Shown: positions 34,166 to 44,863 of the stretch, piece by piece | Position numbering within the stretch: position 1 is the first letter of the stretch | Layout: the number at the start of each line of letters is the position of its first letter | DNA from: a virus | Taxonomy: Duplodnaviria; Caudoviricetes | IMG/VR virus record: IMGVR_UViG_3300028048_000110 | Coordinates: 26,992 to 90,991 of that record | DNA: 64,000 bases | Reading direction: 5' to 3' (one strand) | Notes under the pieces: model-generated | What the model was told of the DNA's origin: nothing | Database searches by the model: none | What the model saw: only the letters and a program-made list of their open reading frames with translations | Position numbers and translations under genes: made by a program

Positions 34166-34293
34166 TCATTCGCTTTGCAAATCTTTTGTTTTAAACAAAA
34201 CTATTTATTCACATAAGCATACACTATAATCAAAACACATTAGTTGATTACAATTGTTTACATTTGATTATGAAAATGATATAATCTACGCGG

Positions 34294-35478
34294 TCAATCT
34301 CTTTCCCAACTTACATTGTTTGGGAACTCATATTGTGATCCAGCATCAATCTTCCAATATAGCTTATCAACATATGGCGCAAGAGTGCAGGCCCAGTCAA
34401 CAACATCATAGTAGTCTCCACTAGTCTATAGAGGCTAGATGTATCCACTTGACTCGCATGTAGACAGTGGCCATCCTGCTGCAGCAGCATCTGGCAGATA
34501 TGGGTCAAGAATGACTTTTGGAATACTGCTAGAATATGCTTCACTTGATATGTATCCGCTTAAGCTTCCATGCTCATGTGGCCCAAAGTCGCCATTGTCT
34601 ACGCTCTATATGTACTGCTGTATGTCGTGCTTCTATGGGACAACATAGAATCCAAAGTCAATCTTGTTTATTATTGGAATGTCATCATACACATCTGCAC
34701 TAGTGTTTGGGTTGTCAACATATGTAGATATGTCAGCTGTCACCCAGGTTGTCAAGACTGCAGATACAGACTAGTCTGGATGGTCTATCTAGAACTAGTC
34801 TATCTCATTTGGCTTCAACTCTACTATCTCAGCTGACACAAATGATGATGTCACAGATGACAGCACCTTCTAAGGGACAAGCTTTGCTTGACGTGTCCCT
34901 CCAAACAAGAATGTCTTGAACGTGAAGTTGAATGTAGATGTTGTGATGTCATCCTAGGTGCCATCGAACTCATCTGGATGGTCTTCACTGACAGAGTCAG
35001 ACATTATCACCTAGTTGTTCAACTTTATCCCTTCATACTTTGGGTGCTAGCAGGACACATATATGTCACTGTTGAAGAACACCATGAAGTTTGATGCTAT
35101 CTTGTCAATGTCAGAAGGGTACTTTGCGATGACAGACACATCATATGCAATGTCTATTGGGACAGGAGTCAATAACTAGTACCGTCTGTCAGAGGAGCTT
35201 ATCTCATACTTCACCTCATTGTGGAGGTTGTTCAGTCTGTCACCATTACGAGAATAGCCAGTGCGGTTGATGACTATCATTGGCAACTTTATGTTTCCAC
35301 GCTTCTCAGGGTTCTCAAGGCTCTTGAGTATTCGAGAACGTTGGCCAAGGACGCAAGGCACTTTAAGCTGTGTTGTCTAGCCTTTAGCATTTGTGCGGCC
35401 AATTCTAATGTTGCTGAATATGCGCTTGAAAAGCAAAGACGCAATTGCCAACTCATCGTTGTAGCTCTAGAATTCCAT
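34294..35478 (-). CDS. gp15: T4 gp15-like tail terminator/sheath stabiliser with a C-terminal extension, 394 aa
   Basis: KVPCVLGQRSRIL..LPMIVINRTGYSRNGDRLNN..TPVPIDIAYDVSVIAK..DIDKI; many TAG. Confidence 0.7.
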
Positions 35479-35486
35479 ATATAGAG

Positions 35487-35493
35487 TATTTAC
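35487..35493 (-). promoter_or_regulatory. GTAAATA candidate late promoter
   Basis: Upstream of ATG 35478. Confidence 0.6.
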
Positions 35494-35502
35494 TCTAAAT
35501 GG

Positions 35503-35967
35503 TCATCCGCCATTCAACTGCTTCTCTGTTATGACGTGGAATTCATAGCCTTTTGACTTAGCTAGTGCTTTAGCAGCTTCCCACTTGCTTTGGTTCGTCA
35601 TCCACGTCATCTGTGCTTTAGCATCACTACGTGCTCTGCCTTTTGGTGGGTGTGTTTCAGACTCAGGCTTTATCTCTACCCATATTGTCTTGTGGACAGG
35701 GCCAACTTTGACAACAATAGAGAAGTCAATGAAGTATCTACGTACTCGGCCACGGGCTCGGTCAAAGTACTTTATTGCTGTGCCTTCATATCCCCAAGAC
35801 ACAACATTTGGATTACGGTCAACATAGAGCATGAACTTCAGCTCAAGAGCACTTTTATACTCTGGCCGGTCTTTTCCAACATATTTCTCAGGATGTTGTG
35901 GAAGAAAAAGACCACACGCAGCATTTGAGTACTTTCCACGGTTGTTCTTGTCAGCAATATGGACCAT
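35503..35967 (-). CDS. gp4: T4 gp4-like head completion nuclease (TnsA-like)
   Basis: [56 protein letters not shown]. Confidence 0.85.
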   Translation of the reverse strand: MVHIADKNNRGKYSNAACGLFLPQHPEKYVGKDRPEYKSALELKFMLYVDRNPNVVSWGYEGTAIKYFDRARGRVRRYFIDFSIVVKVGPVHKTIWVEIKPESETHPPKGRARSDAKAQMTWMTNQSKWEAAKALAKSKGYEFHVITEKQLNGG

Positions 35968-35975
35968 GTATATAA

Positions 35976-37052
35976 TTACATTGGAGGCATTGAGAACAGA
36001 CTGCTGGCGTTGACTGCTGCTGTGCACTTCTTCACTTTCTTCTCATCTTGCCATTTTCCACGGCTAGCCATCCACAACTTCATCTGCAGTGAGTCATACA
36101 CCATAGTGTCAAGCACTTTAGGGCTAGCAAACGTCTTGATGTTGCCTGTTGCTAGCACACGTTCATTGATGTCTTTCTCTCTAGTCTTGCCATCAAACCA
36201 GACAAAGAACTTAGATGCTTTGCCAGTCTCTATCATCTTCTTTGTTGCTGCTAGCCCAGGAGTGTCATTGTCAAATGCGACAACAACTTCATGATGAGGC
36301 CATCTCTCTTTTATGAGCTTTAGTTGGTAATCAGTGAGCGACTTTGTCCCTGTTGCTATGCCATTCTTGACAAACAGACTGTCATAAACTCCTTCGAATG
36401 CAAATATCTTGTTGTAGCTTGGATCAACATTGTCAAGGCCATACAGCAGCTTCTTCTTGCCTTTTGGGAACATGTACTTCATCTGCTTCAGCTTCAAGAA
36501 GTCATTCAATTGGTAGTATGCATCTACCCCGTTTACGCGCCATGGTATAAGGATGTACTCTTCTAAGCCATCTTTTGACACGGCTGAGTACAATGGCTCT
36601 TTCAAGAATGGAGCATCAAGAACTCTTCTACTTTGCAAGTACTCTTTTGCTTTTTCAGTCAATGGCTTCTTCATTGATGTGTCAAGAGCAGGCTTCAAGT
36701 TGAACACGCTTGGCTCATCACTTGGACTAGGCATCCATGTAGTTGATGAAAGCGAGCCATCAAACCCCGACTTCAAGAACAAGTTGACATACTCTCTATG
36801 TATAGCTTCATAGTCTGGCCCTGACAGAATCTTCAATAGCTTTATTCCAGACAGACTTGCTCCACAGTTGAAGCAGTAGTATGAGCAGTCTTTGTTCAAG
36901 TATATCCATCCACGCTTCTTTGTTGCAGACTTCTTTGAGTCACCACAGATGAAGCATCTGCAGTTTATCTTGTCTCCAACCCTGACATTTGGCTGTGGAA
37001 GATACTGCAGTATCTTGTCTCTTAAGAACTGTATGTACTCAAATGAGAGCAT
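35976..37052 (-). CDS. gp61: T4 gp61-like DNA primase
   Basis: [25 protein letters not shown] zinc finger; [14 protein letters not shown] and FDND; no TAG. Confidence 0.9.
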   Translation of the reverse strand: MLSFEYIQFLRDKILQYLPQPNVRVGDKINCRCFICGDSKKSATKKRGWIYLNKDCSYYCFNCGASLSGIKLLKILSGPDYEAIHREYVNLFLKSGFDGSLSSTTWMPSPSDEPSVFNLKPALDTSMKKPLTEKAKEYLQSRRVLDAPFLKEPLYSAVSKDGLEEYILIPWRVNGVDAYYQLNDFLKLKQMKYMFPKGKKKLLYGLDNVDPSYNKIFAFEGVYDSLFVKNGIATGTKSLTDYQLKLIKERWPHHEVVVAFDNDTPGLAATKKMIETGKASKFFVWFDGKTREKDINERVLATGNIKTFASPKVLDTMVYDSLQMKLWMASRGKWQDEKKVKKCTAAVNASSLFSMPPM

Positions 37053-37534
37053 CAATGCTGCTTTCTACTTGTCTGTCCAATGTCTTCTGTTGGCCTACGC
37101 TTGAGCATCTCATTGGCAACTTTGTCAAGCATCTCTATGTTGTCTTCTGACATTGTTATGAAGCTCACTAGTTCCCACATAGTCAAGTCAATGGTGTTGT
37201 ACTTGCCTTCAACTAGATTGTATGTCAAGACTGAAGTAGGGTCTTTTGTCTTTATCCCATCAAACTTAGACTTCAAAGCTTCTTTCTTCTTAGCTTCTTT
37301 TAGCGCTGAGAAGACTGCTATGAACCGCGTGTTTGATGTGCAGACTATGTCTTTCAAGACAGCGTGCCCTTTAGGCCTAAAGCGCATATGGACAAGGTTG
37401 TACTGGAGAAACAGTTCAAGGTCTTGCTTGTTGTGCTTAAGCTTTGACCACTTTGACAAGTTGTTTGCTGCAGCTTCAAGAACTTTGTTGCCAGAATTGG
37501 CCATCTTCTCAACCAAGTCTAGCATGCAAGTCAT
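37052..37534 (-). CDS. Hypothetical protein, 160 aa
   Basis: Track ORF, translationally coupled at both ends. Confidence 0.7.
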   Translation of the reverse strand: MTCMLDLVEKMANSGNKVLEAAANNLSKWSKLKHNKQDLELFLQYNLVHMRFRPKGHAVLKDIVCTSNTRFIAVFSALKEAKKKEALKSKFDGIKTKDPTSVLTYNLVEGKYNTIDLTMWELVSFITMSEDNIEMLDKVANEMLKRRPTEDIGQTSRKQH

Positions 37535-38310
37535 CCTTTCAAGAGCGTGCTATACACATTGACATTGAAGTATGTTCCATTCTTGCCTTGCACATGTGAC
37601 TGGCTAAGCAAGCACCCTTTGTCCATGTAGTCAATCTTTATGTCATCTGACTGTATGCAGTTGAACAGGTTCATCCTCTCAAGGTCAATTATCAAGTTCT
37701 TTCCACTAGGGATGGCTCCAAGTGTCACTAAGCCAAACTTCAATGTTATCTCTTTTCCAATGTCAGTGCTCTTGTTGCCAAGTGTTGCAAACACAGCATT
37801 AGCTTCCATGTCATCTTTTGTCTCAAGATAGACATTCACAGACTTTGAGTCAGTGAACAAGAATGAATGGCCATTGACTCTCTTTATGAGGTCACTTGTA
37901 GTCTTGAACTCAAACAGTGGCTGCATCTTAGCTTCAACTTTCTTTGATATCCACTTTGCTATAGTAGACTCATTGCATGTTGAGTACTTCATCTTGAACT
38001 TCTTAGACTTGAACATCAGGTTTGGCCTACTGTACTTTATCTCAAGTTCAGAAAAGTCATCTCCATGAACTTCTTTTGCTGTTGCCAGCACTCTATTCAG
38101 CATCCCTATGTTGTCAATGCAGAAGTCAAAGTGGTCTTTTGAAGCTACAGCATTAGTAGTCAACTCACATCTAGCAGCAACATCACGAGCACCATATATC
38201 TCTAGCCCACTTGGAGACACTATCAACTTTGCAGCATCAACAAGCTTTGCTGCAGTCTTCATTGTCTCAAAGAAGAGGCCAAAGTCATTTATCTCTATCA
38301 CATTTGCCAT
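37531..38310 (-). CDS. Probable sliding clamp (gp45/PCNA-like), 259 aa
   Basis: Size, alternating beta/alpha pattern and position in the replication module; weak motif support. Confidence 0.5.
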   Translation of the reverse strand: MANVIEINDFGLFFETMKTAAKLVDAAKLIVSPSGLEIYGARDVAARCELTTNAVASKDHFDFCIDNIGMLNRVLATAKEVHGDDFSELEIKYSRPNLMFKSKKFKMKYSTCNESTIAKWISKKVEAKMQPLFEFKTTSDLIKRVNGHSFLFTDSKSVNVYLETKDDMEANAVFATLGNKSTDIGKEITLKFGLVTLGAIPSGKNLIIDLERMNLFNCIQSDDIKIDYMDKGCLLSQSHVQGKNGTYFNVNVYSTLLKG

Positions 38311-38339
38311 ATCTATATCATATACAGTCTAGGCAATTC

Positions 38340-39101
38340 TTAAATGCTCTGCCCATTTGCGGCAAACTGCGCTTTCATCTCAATGTGCTTTGCAACTGCT
38401 GAGTCATTTGGAATAGGGAAATTCCACTTTGCCCTGAACTTCACTTCATTGTCAAGAAATGATGGAGTCAATATTGACCTTCCAACTGAATAGTGGCATA
38501 GGTCTTTCTGCACCATGACTCCAAGCTTCAAGCCATACTTCATCACAGCTTGACATGAGATGTCGCTGTCATAGAAGTCAAAGTCTCCAAGAGACTCATC
38601 AAATGCTATGCTTGAGTCAAGTGCTCTTCTAGTGAAGATGATGCAAAGGCCATCAATACATGCAACTTCAGTATCCATCACATTAGGTGAGTGCTCGCTG
38701 AAATATGATGTTTGGTCTCCTAGTTCACCATGCGTGACACATCCCCACTTCTCATATGGAGTAGGGTTACTCCCTGTCCACCAGTTCAAAGGGCTCTGTG
38801 ACACATTGAAAGTAGATGTCCCACATAGTCCAATGATGTCATACTTGTTGCCAACCTCAACTAAGTGCTCAATGAAGCTTTTTGCATTGAATGACACATC
38901 AGCATGCATGAAGACAACATAGTCATTCTTCTTTGACTTTCTTTCTTCAGCTAGTATTCTATTGTAGACCTTTGGAAGGCCTTCACTGTTGTTTGAGATG
39001 TACTCAACATCAATAGATGCCAATCCATTTGCCAAGTCAAACTTGTCTTTCAGCATCTTGAAGCTTGTGTCTTTAGACACTACTGCAAACTTAATGTCCA
39101 T
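38340..39101 (-). CDS. Glycosyltransferase family 2-like protein, 253 aa
   Basis: YNRIL..YVVFMHADV..IIGLCG..IDGLCI..FDE..FDFYDSDIS; no TAG. Confidence 0.7.
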   Translation of the reverse strand: MDIKFAVVSKDTSFKMLKDKFDLANGLASIDVEYISNNSEGLPKVYNRILAEERKSKKNDYVVFMHADVSFNAKSFIEHLVEVGNKYDIIGLCGTSTFNVSQSPLNWWTGSNPTPYEKWGCVTHGELGDQTSYFSEHSPNVMDTEVACIDGLCIIFTRRALDSSIAFDESLGDFDFYDSDISCQAVMKYGLKLGVMVQKDLCHYSVGRSILTPSFLDNEVKFRAKWNFPIPNDSAVAKHIEMKAQFAANGQSI

Positions 39102-39110
39102 GCGCTCTCC

Positions 39111-39836
39111 TCATCCTTCTACTAGTTTTTCTACAGCATCAACATCTGCCATTGACACCTTCTCTTCAACTAATGTCCAGCGTTTTGCTTCAATGTGCTT
39201 TCCATTAAGATTGACAATCTTGTTGTTTGAATCATTCACAACTCTAAAGTTGCTTGCTTCTGCAGGAGTGAGCTTCATCCACTGCTTTTGGTAGACTTTG
39301 TCACCATCATACTTGACTTCAATGTCACCAATTGTGACAATCTTTGGCTTTGGCTTTGCTTGCTCAACAACCGGCATTAGCGCAGATTGCACAGGAATAG
39401 CAATTGTCTGTTGGCTTAGCCCTGGATCTACAGCAGAAGATGTCTGCTGCACTGGCACTGGAATTGCTCGGTTGTTCTGTGGAATAGCAGGTGTCTTGCT
39501 GCTAGTTGGCTCATCAACAAAAGGGTCAATCTCTCTTATGACTTTTATCCGTTGGTCACACATAGCATACTGCTTCTGGATCTCCATGAACTCGTTCTTG
39601 TCAGCAACTTCTATTATGTTTGGCCGACCACCATCTAGTGCTGGGTCACTTCTTACTGGCCTCCACTGTGGCTGTCCATGGTTTGAGTCAGCTTTCTCAT
39701 AGTCTGCCTCATACACTTGAATCTCAAGCTTGTGCTTTCTTCTTGGCTGAGGCTTATGCTCAGTTTTAGGTGTCTGCTCACTCATCTTCTCTTCTTTCTT
39801 CTTGAATAGATGCTTTATGCTGTCTAGAATTGACAT
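39111..39836 (-). CDS. Hypothetical protein with a Pro/Gln-rich linker, about 241 aa
   Basis: Track ORF; start moved to ATG 39836. Confidence 0.7.
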   Translation of the reverse strand: MSILDSIKHLFKKKEEKMSEQTPKTEHKPQPRRKHKLEIQVYEADYEKADSNHGQPQWRPVRSDPALDGGRPNIIEVADKNEFMEIQKQYAMCDQRIKVIREIDPFVDEPTSSKTPAIPQNNRAIPVPVQQTSSAVDPGLSQQTIAIPVQSALMPVVEQAKPKPKIVTIGDIEVKYDGDKVYQKQWMKLTPAEASNFRVVNDSNNKIVNLNGKHIEAKRWTLVEEKVSMADVDAVEKLVEG

Positions 39837-39854
39837 CTTGAATACATTGTACAC

Positions 39855-41678
39855 TCATAGAAGCTTTAGTCTTGCAATGTTGTCCGTCTTCTCAACTAAG
39901 ATCAACCGGTCAAACTGCTCAGCAGTCACTTCTGGCCTATGGCTTATCACAAACACATTCTGCCCTTGGCTTCTAGAGTACTCTTTGAGTATCTCAATTA
40001 TGCTCTCAACACACAATGAGTCAATTGCGCTGTCAAAATACTCATCAAGGACAAGCAAGTTAGAGTTCAAGCCATTCCTTATAGACATGAAGTCTCTAAA
40101 TGCAAATGATGTTGCCACCATTATGCGCATCCGCTCACCTGCTGAAAAGTTGCTCCACTCATAAGTCCCACTTGACGTGATGAACTCATAGTCCATGTCT
40201 TCATCAAACTCTACATAGTACTTTGCACCTAGCTTTGTCAAGTAAGTCTTGATCTTGTTGTTTAGCAGCACTATCAAGTCTCTTATGATGAACTTTCGGA
40301 CAGTGTCCTGTGAGACTATGCCTTCAGCAAACTTCAAGTAGTTTGCTCTGTCTTCTATCTTTCCAAGCTTTGCTGTCTCTTCTTTGATGTCTGCTTTGCA
40401 CTTCTCTATGAGTTCAATGTAAGGGTTGACTGCCTTCTTCTCTTTCTCAAGACTGCTCTTCTCTTCATTGAGCTCAGACTCAACTTTCATCAACTCTCTG
40501 CTTGCACGAGTGGACTCATCTACTAGCTCTTTTAGCTTGACTTTTGCTTTGTCAATCTTAGCTTTAGTCTCTTTAGCTTTAGTTGATGCTGCTTCAATGC
40601 TTGCTTCAAGCGCTTCTTTTGACTTAGAGAGAGCATCTCTCTTTGCACTGATCTCTTCTACTTCTTCAAGCATCTTGTCAAGGCTGTAGTGCTTCATGAA
40701 CACTGGCTTGCAGTCAGAGCACAGCTTCTCAAGTATGTCTTTGTGCTTTCCAATGACTTTCTCTCTAGATGACTTTGACTCATCAAGCTTGTGGATCCCT
40801 AAGTCTACCTTACTGTCTTTCATCTGCAGTTCTCGAATGCTCTCAATCTCAGAGTCATAAGCCTCTCTTAGCTTCTCGATGGCAGTCTCAAGCTTTGCAA
40901 CAACTGATGCATTTGACTTGACTTCAACTTTCTTGGCATCTTCGCGCCTCTTCTCTAGCTGCACTATTGACTCAGACATGACCTTGAGCTTTGCTTTCCT
41001 AGAATTCTCATAGCTCTCCATCCGTGCTTCATAGTCTTCATAGGCCTTGTTGAGGACCATCACTCTATTCTGCCCAGCAAGCGACTCTTTCTCAAGAGCT
41101 AGACTGTCTTTGTGGATGAGCTTGAACATGTCTTCAAACACGCCAATGTCAAAGAGCTTCTCAACAAACTCTTTCTTGTCTGCCTTCTTGAGCATGTAGA
41201 AGTTGTATGTCTGGTCAGCAGTCAACAGCATTGTCCTAAGGAATATTGTCACGTCACAGTGGATGAGCTCTTTCTCAATGAAGTCTTGTGTCTCAGGAAT
41301 TGTTGACTTTGTGATGTCAATGTCTTTGCCATCTTCAACTTTCAGCAGCTGTAGATATGAAGACTTCCCTTTTGCCAAGCCTCTCCTTATCTTGTAGTCT
41401 TCACCATCTACAGAAAATGTCAAGACTAAGTCCATGTCTTTGTCTTTGACATACTTGTTCACTAAGTTCTCATTCTTGATCTTAGTCTGCAGTTGGCCAA
41501 ACAACACATACAAGACTGCTGCCCAAATGTTGCTCTTTCCACAGCCATTCTTTGCACCAGGTATGTCATTGTTCTTGCCTTGGACTAAGTTCATCCCTCT
41601 GCATGATGCAATGTCAAGTGACTCTTCAGCAAATGACATGAAGTTCCTAATCTCTATTCTCTTGAAGTCAATTCTCAT
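39855..41678 (-). CDS. gp46: gp46/SbcC/Rad50-like recombination ATPase
   Basis: IRNFMSF, GAKNGCGKS, coiled coil with CSDC hook, FSAGERMR, LVLDEYFDS, VISH; no TAG. Confidence 0.92.
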   Translation of the reverse strand: MRIDFKRIEIRNFMSFAEESLDIASCRGMNLVQGKNNDIPGAKNGCGKSNIWAAVLYVLFGQLQTKIKNENLVNKYVKDKDMDLVLTFSVDGEDYKIRRGLAKGKSSYLQLLKVEDGKDIDITKSTIPETQDFIEKELIHCDVTIFLRTMLLTADQTYNFYMLKKADKKEFVEKLFDIGVFEDMFKLIHKDSLALEKESLAGQNRVMVLNKAYEDYEARMESYENSRKAKLKVMSESIVQLEKRREDAKKVEVKSNASVVAKLETAIEKLREAYDSEIESIRELQMKDSKVDLGIHKLDESKSSREKVIGKHKDILEKLCSDCKPVFMKHYSLDKMLEEVEEISAKRDALSKSKEALEASIEAASTKAKETKAKIDKAKVKLKELVDESTRASRELMKVESELNEEKSSLEKEKKAVNPYIELIEKCKADIKEETAKLGKIEDRANYLKFAEGIVSQDTVRKFIIRDLIVLLNNKIKTYLTKLGAKYYVEFDEDMDYEFITSSGTYEWSNFSAGERMRIMVATSFAFRDFMSIRNGLNSNLLVLDEYFDSAIDSLCVESIIEILKEYSRSQGQNVFVISHRPEVTAEQFDRLILVEKTDNIARLKLL

Positions 41679-42868
41679 TAGTCTTCTCCAACTGCCGTGT
41701 TATAATAGTTTTTCATTATATTGAATAACTTCGTTTTGTCTATGTTTGCACTGTTGAGAGCGCTGTCTTCTAGTTGGTTGATGTAGCTCTCAATGTAGTC
41801 AAGCTTGCTTTTCTTGAGCATCTTCACAAGGTTGTCTTGATGCTCAACATCTTCTTTTGTGAAGTCTAGAGCAACCTGGTAGTCTGGAAGCAGCTCTTCA
41901 TATGGCTTGAAGCTTGCAATCTTTTGGTTGACTCTCAAGTCATCTTCTAGTGAGATGTCAGCATCATACACTTTCTGCACAATGTTCCCTTTAGCAGCAC
42001 TGAAGTCAAATGCATCTACTCCAACTTTCATTATGCTGCTGCTCTTGAACTGGACATGCTTTGGGATGCCATCAATCTCAAAGAAGCTGTAGTTGCCTAG
42101 CTCATCAATCTCATAGAAGCCACACTTGCATCCAATGTCTCCTAAGTTCTGCTCATAAGGGCTGCCAACAAATATGAACTTCCGCCCTTTGACTGCCATC
42201 TCTTTGTGCTGGTGTATGTGGCCTGCAAAGATAGTCCCTTTCTTCTTTGCCAGCTCTATGAAGCTGCCTAAGAAGTCTTCTGGCTTGCTACTAGTGCTAC
42301 TAGAGCTTTCTAGAGAAGAGTCTCCATCAATAGATGATGCTACATTGCTAGATGCTTCTTTAGCTCTAGAGTGCTCTTGGATGTAGCTTGACACTAAGAA
42401 CTTTGAAGATATGTCAAAATGTCCAAACAAGAAGTCATATGACTCTGGCTTGAAATTGCTCAAGTCAGACAGCCAAGGCACTAATAGTGCTTTCTTGGCA
42501 TTCAATTCAACTTCTATTGGCTTGTCAATGACATGCACCCGTGCATTGTCTCTGAAGATGTTGATAGAATTGACATCTGTTGAGTTCTTGTTGAACAAGT
42601 CATGGTTGCCAAGCACCATGTAGACATCACACTTCTTTGCAAGAGCCTGAAGGCACCTGTATGCAATGTTCAATGTGTCAACTGTAAGAGCATTCCTCTA
42701 ATGGAAGTAGTCTCCACAGAAGATGATGCTTGCAATGTTGTCTCTAGACACCGCATCAAGCAGTCTCTTTATGACTAGCGCACCAATCTTCTGCCGAAGT
42801 GGAGAGTTGCTTTTTACACCAAAATGTTGGTCTGTGAAGACTAATGTCTTTCCTTCTAGTCTATTCAT
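41678..42868 (-). CDS. gp47: gp47/SbcD/Mre11-like nuclease, 396 aa
   Basis: FTDQHFG, GDYFH(Q)R, GNHD, GHFD, GHIH, GSP; one TAG at codon 57. Confidence 0.9.
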
Positions 42869-42895
42869 ATTTGATAGAGTACACACATAGACAAA

Positions 42896-42921
42896 AAAGT
42901 GAGGCTATGCAGCCTCACTTT
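42896..42921 (-). terminator. Intrinsic terminator after groEL
   Basis: AAAGTGAGGCT-ATGC-AGCCTCACTTT, followed by a U-tract on the minus strand. Confidence 0.75.
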
Positions 42922-42947
42922 CTTTTGCCTTAAGCAGATGGTGCTTG

Positions 42948-44603
42948 TCACATCATCCCTGGAGTTCCACCACACCCACCTGGAGGGCATCCACCAGTCA
43001 TAGATGGAGCAGACTTGTCTTCAACATAGTCTGTGATCAAGCAGTCTGTTGTCAAGAGAAGCCCACCAACGCTTGCAGCATTCTGTATCTCATTCACTAC
43101 AACTTCTGTTGGGTCAATGATTCCATCTTCAATCATGTCAACATACTTCTTAGTTATCACATTGAAGCCTTGTCCATCATCCATCTCATTGATCTTGCCA
43201 ACTACCATGGATGAGTCAATGCCAGCATTCTCAAGAATCTTGCGGATTGGAGCTTCAAATGAGTCAGCAAGTATCTTTGCGCCAACTTTCTCATCTTCAC
43301 TCAAGCTAGCAGTGCTTATCCACTTCTCAAGGTCTCTCTTTGCCAATAGAAGCATCACGCCACCGCCATAGACAATGCCACTTCTGACCGCAGCTTTTGC
43401 TGCAGAGAACGCATCATCAACACGGTCGCGCTTCTCTTTGCGTTCAGCATCTGTTGTTGCTCCAACAGATATCACGCCAATTCCAGAAGTGAGCTTTGCA
43501 AGACGTTCTTGAAGCTTCTCTTTGTCATATGTGCTCTGTGTGCTCTCAATGGCATTGCGGAGGCCTTTAGCTCTCTCTTCAATTGCTTCTGCAGACCCTG
43601 CACCGCCAATGATCACTGTGTTCTCTTTGTTGACAATGACCTTCTTCGCACGGCCAATGATTCCACTTTCAACAGTAGCGCTTTCAAGACGTGTTCCCGT
43701 CTCATCACTGACAACTTGTCCACCACAGAGAACAGCAATGTCAGCAAGTATTGCCTTGCGGTTGTCACCATATGATGGTGCCTTGATAGCAACACAGTTG
43801 AATCCACGAAGCTTGTTGACAATCAATGTTGACAGTATGTCTTCTTGCAAGTCTTCTGCAATGATCAGCAAAGGTGCACCTGACTGAGTCACACTCTGCA
43901 AGCATGGAAGAAGCTCTTGAATGTTTGCCAACTTCTTGTCAGTGACTAGTATGAATGGATTCTCTAGCTCTGCCTCATTTGTCTCAGCATTAGTCACCAT
44001 GTATGGACTGATGTAGCTTTGGTCAATCACCATGCCTTCAACAATCTTGCTGTGGAGCTCCATGGTGTTTCCATCTTCTACTTTGATTGTGCCATCTTTG
44101 CCAATTTTGTCCATCACATCAGCAATGGTCTCACCAATCTCTTTGTCGTGGTTTGCTGAGACTGTTGCAACACGGAGGATGTCTTCTTTTGTTGATATTG
44201 GCTTAGATGTAGACTTGACAAACTCTACTGCGTGCTTTGCGGCCTGCATGACTCCATTCTTGACATGCGTAGAATTACTGCCAAGTGACACATACTTCAA
44301 GCCATTCTTGTATATTGATGCTGCAAGGACTGTTGATGTAGTTGTGCCATCACCACAGCGGTCATTTGACTTCTCAGCAACTTCTTTGATTGCATTTGCA
44401 CCAAGGTTCTCAAAGCGGTCTTTCAGCTCAATTGCCTTGGCAACCGTGACTCCATCTCTTGAAGAATGTATAGACCCAAACTCATCAATGATCACATTAC
44501 GGCCTCCTGGACCAAGCGTCACACTGACTGCTTTCTCAAGCTTCTCAACGCCAGCAAGGATCTTCTGCTTTGCTGCCTGATCATATACTATGACTTTTGC
44601 CAT
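42948..44603 (-). CDS. groEL: Phage-encoded chaperonin GroEL
   Basis: TLGPGGRNV, DGVTVAK, GDGTTT, KLQERLAKL, GGG; Gly/Met tail; no TAG. Confidence 0.97.
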   Translation of the reverse strand: MAKVIVYDQAAKQKILAGVEKLEKAVSVTLGPGGRNVIIDEFGSIHSSRDGVTVAKAIELKDRFENLGANAIKEVAEKSNDRCGDGTTTSTVLAASIYKNGLKYVSLGSNSTHVKNGVMQAAKHAVEFVKSTSKPISTKEDILRVATVSANHDKEIGETIADVMDKIGKDGTIKVEDGNTMELHSKIVEGMVIDQSYISPYMVTNAETNEAELENPFILVTDKKLANIQELLPCLQSVTQSGAPLLIIAEDLQEDILSTLIVNKLRGFNCVAIKAPSYGDNRKAILADIAVLCGGQVVSDETGTRLESATVESGIIGRAKKVIVNKENTVIIGGAGSAEAIEERAKGLRNAIESTQSTYDKEKLQERLAKLTSGIGVISVGATTDAERKEKRDRVDDAFSAAKAAVRSGIVYGGGVMLLLAKRDLEKWISTASLSEDEKVGAKILADSFEAPIRKILENAGIDSSMVVGKINEMDDGQGFNVITKKYVDMIEDGIIDPTEVVVNEIQNAASVGGLLLTTDCLITDYVEDKSAPSMTGGCPPGGCGGTPGMM

Positions 44604-44669
44604 ATGCTAGTTTCCTTTGTTTATGATTTCTAGATAAGATCATACTAGTCTAGACACGCACACACTAAA

Positions 44670-44676
44670 GTAAATA
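44670..44676 (+). promoter_or_regulatory. GTAAATA candidate late promoter
   Basis: Heads the plus-strand membrane/lipoprotein cluster. Confidence 0.55.
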
Positions 44677-44718
44677 TCTTCTAGTAAACGTCTTCAATAG
44701 ACAAAAAGGCAATAGGCA

Positions 44719-44859
44719 ATGAGAACAAGCAAATTAGACTAGGCTTATAGCATTGTAAAAGATGATGGGCGTCTCTAGAAGTAGGCAACAGCCAGCAAGA
44801 TAAAGGTGTTAAATGTTGGCATAAGCAAAGACCATAAAGTCTTGCAGTTTGGAGAGTGA
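44719..44859 (+). CDS. Small hypothetical protein, 46 aa, 3 TAG
   Basis: First ATG after the promoter motif; open with TAG=Q. Confidence 0.4.
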
Positions 44860-44863
44860 CAAG

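Noticed and set aside
28990-34290. tnpA (Y1 or serine recombinase) partner for either TnpB
   Set aside because: No HUH/Y1 or serine-recombinase motifs in adjacent frames under either code.
32835-34294. Idea that tnpB-2 interrupts a gene whose 3' part is 32257..32835
   Set aside because: Joining the flanks at the ACAATTGTT repeat puts an in-frame TAA just upstream, and the gp15-like gene ends normally at TGA 34294.
43033-44580. Plus-strand ORFs opposite groEL, and similar shadows opposite ligA, thyX, the Stealth gene, primase and gp46
   Set aside because: They lie antisense to well-supported genes and show no motifs or start signals.
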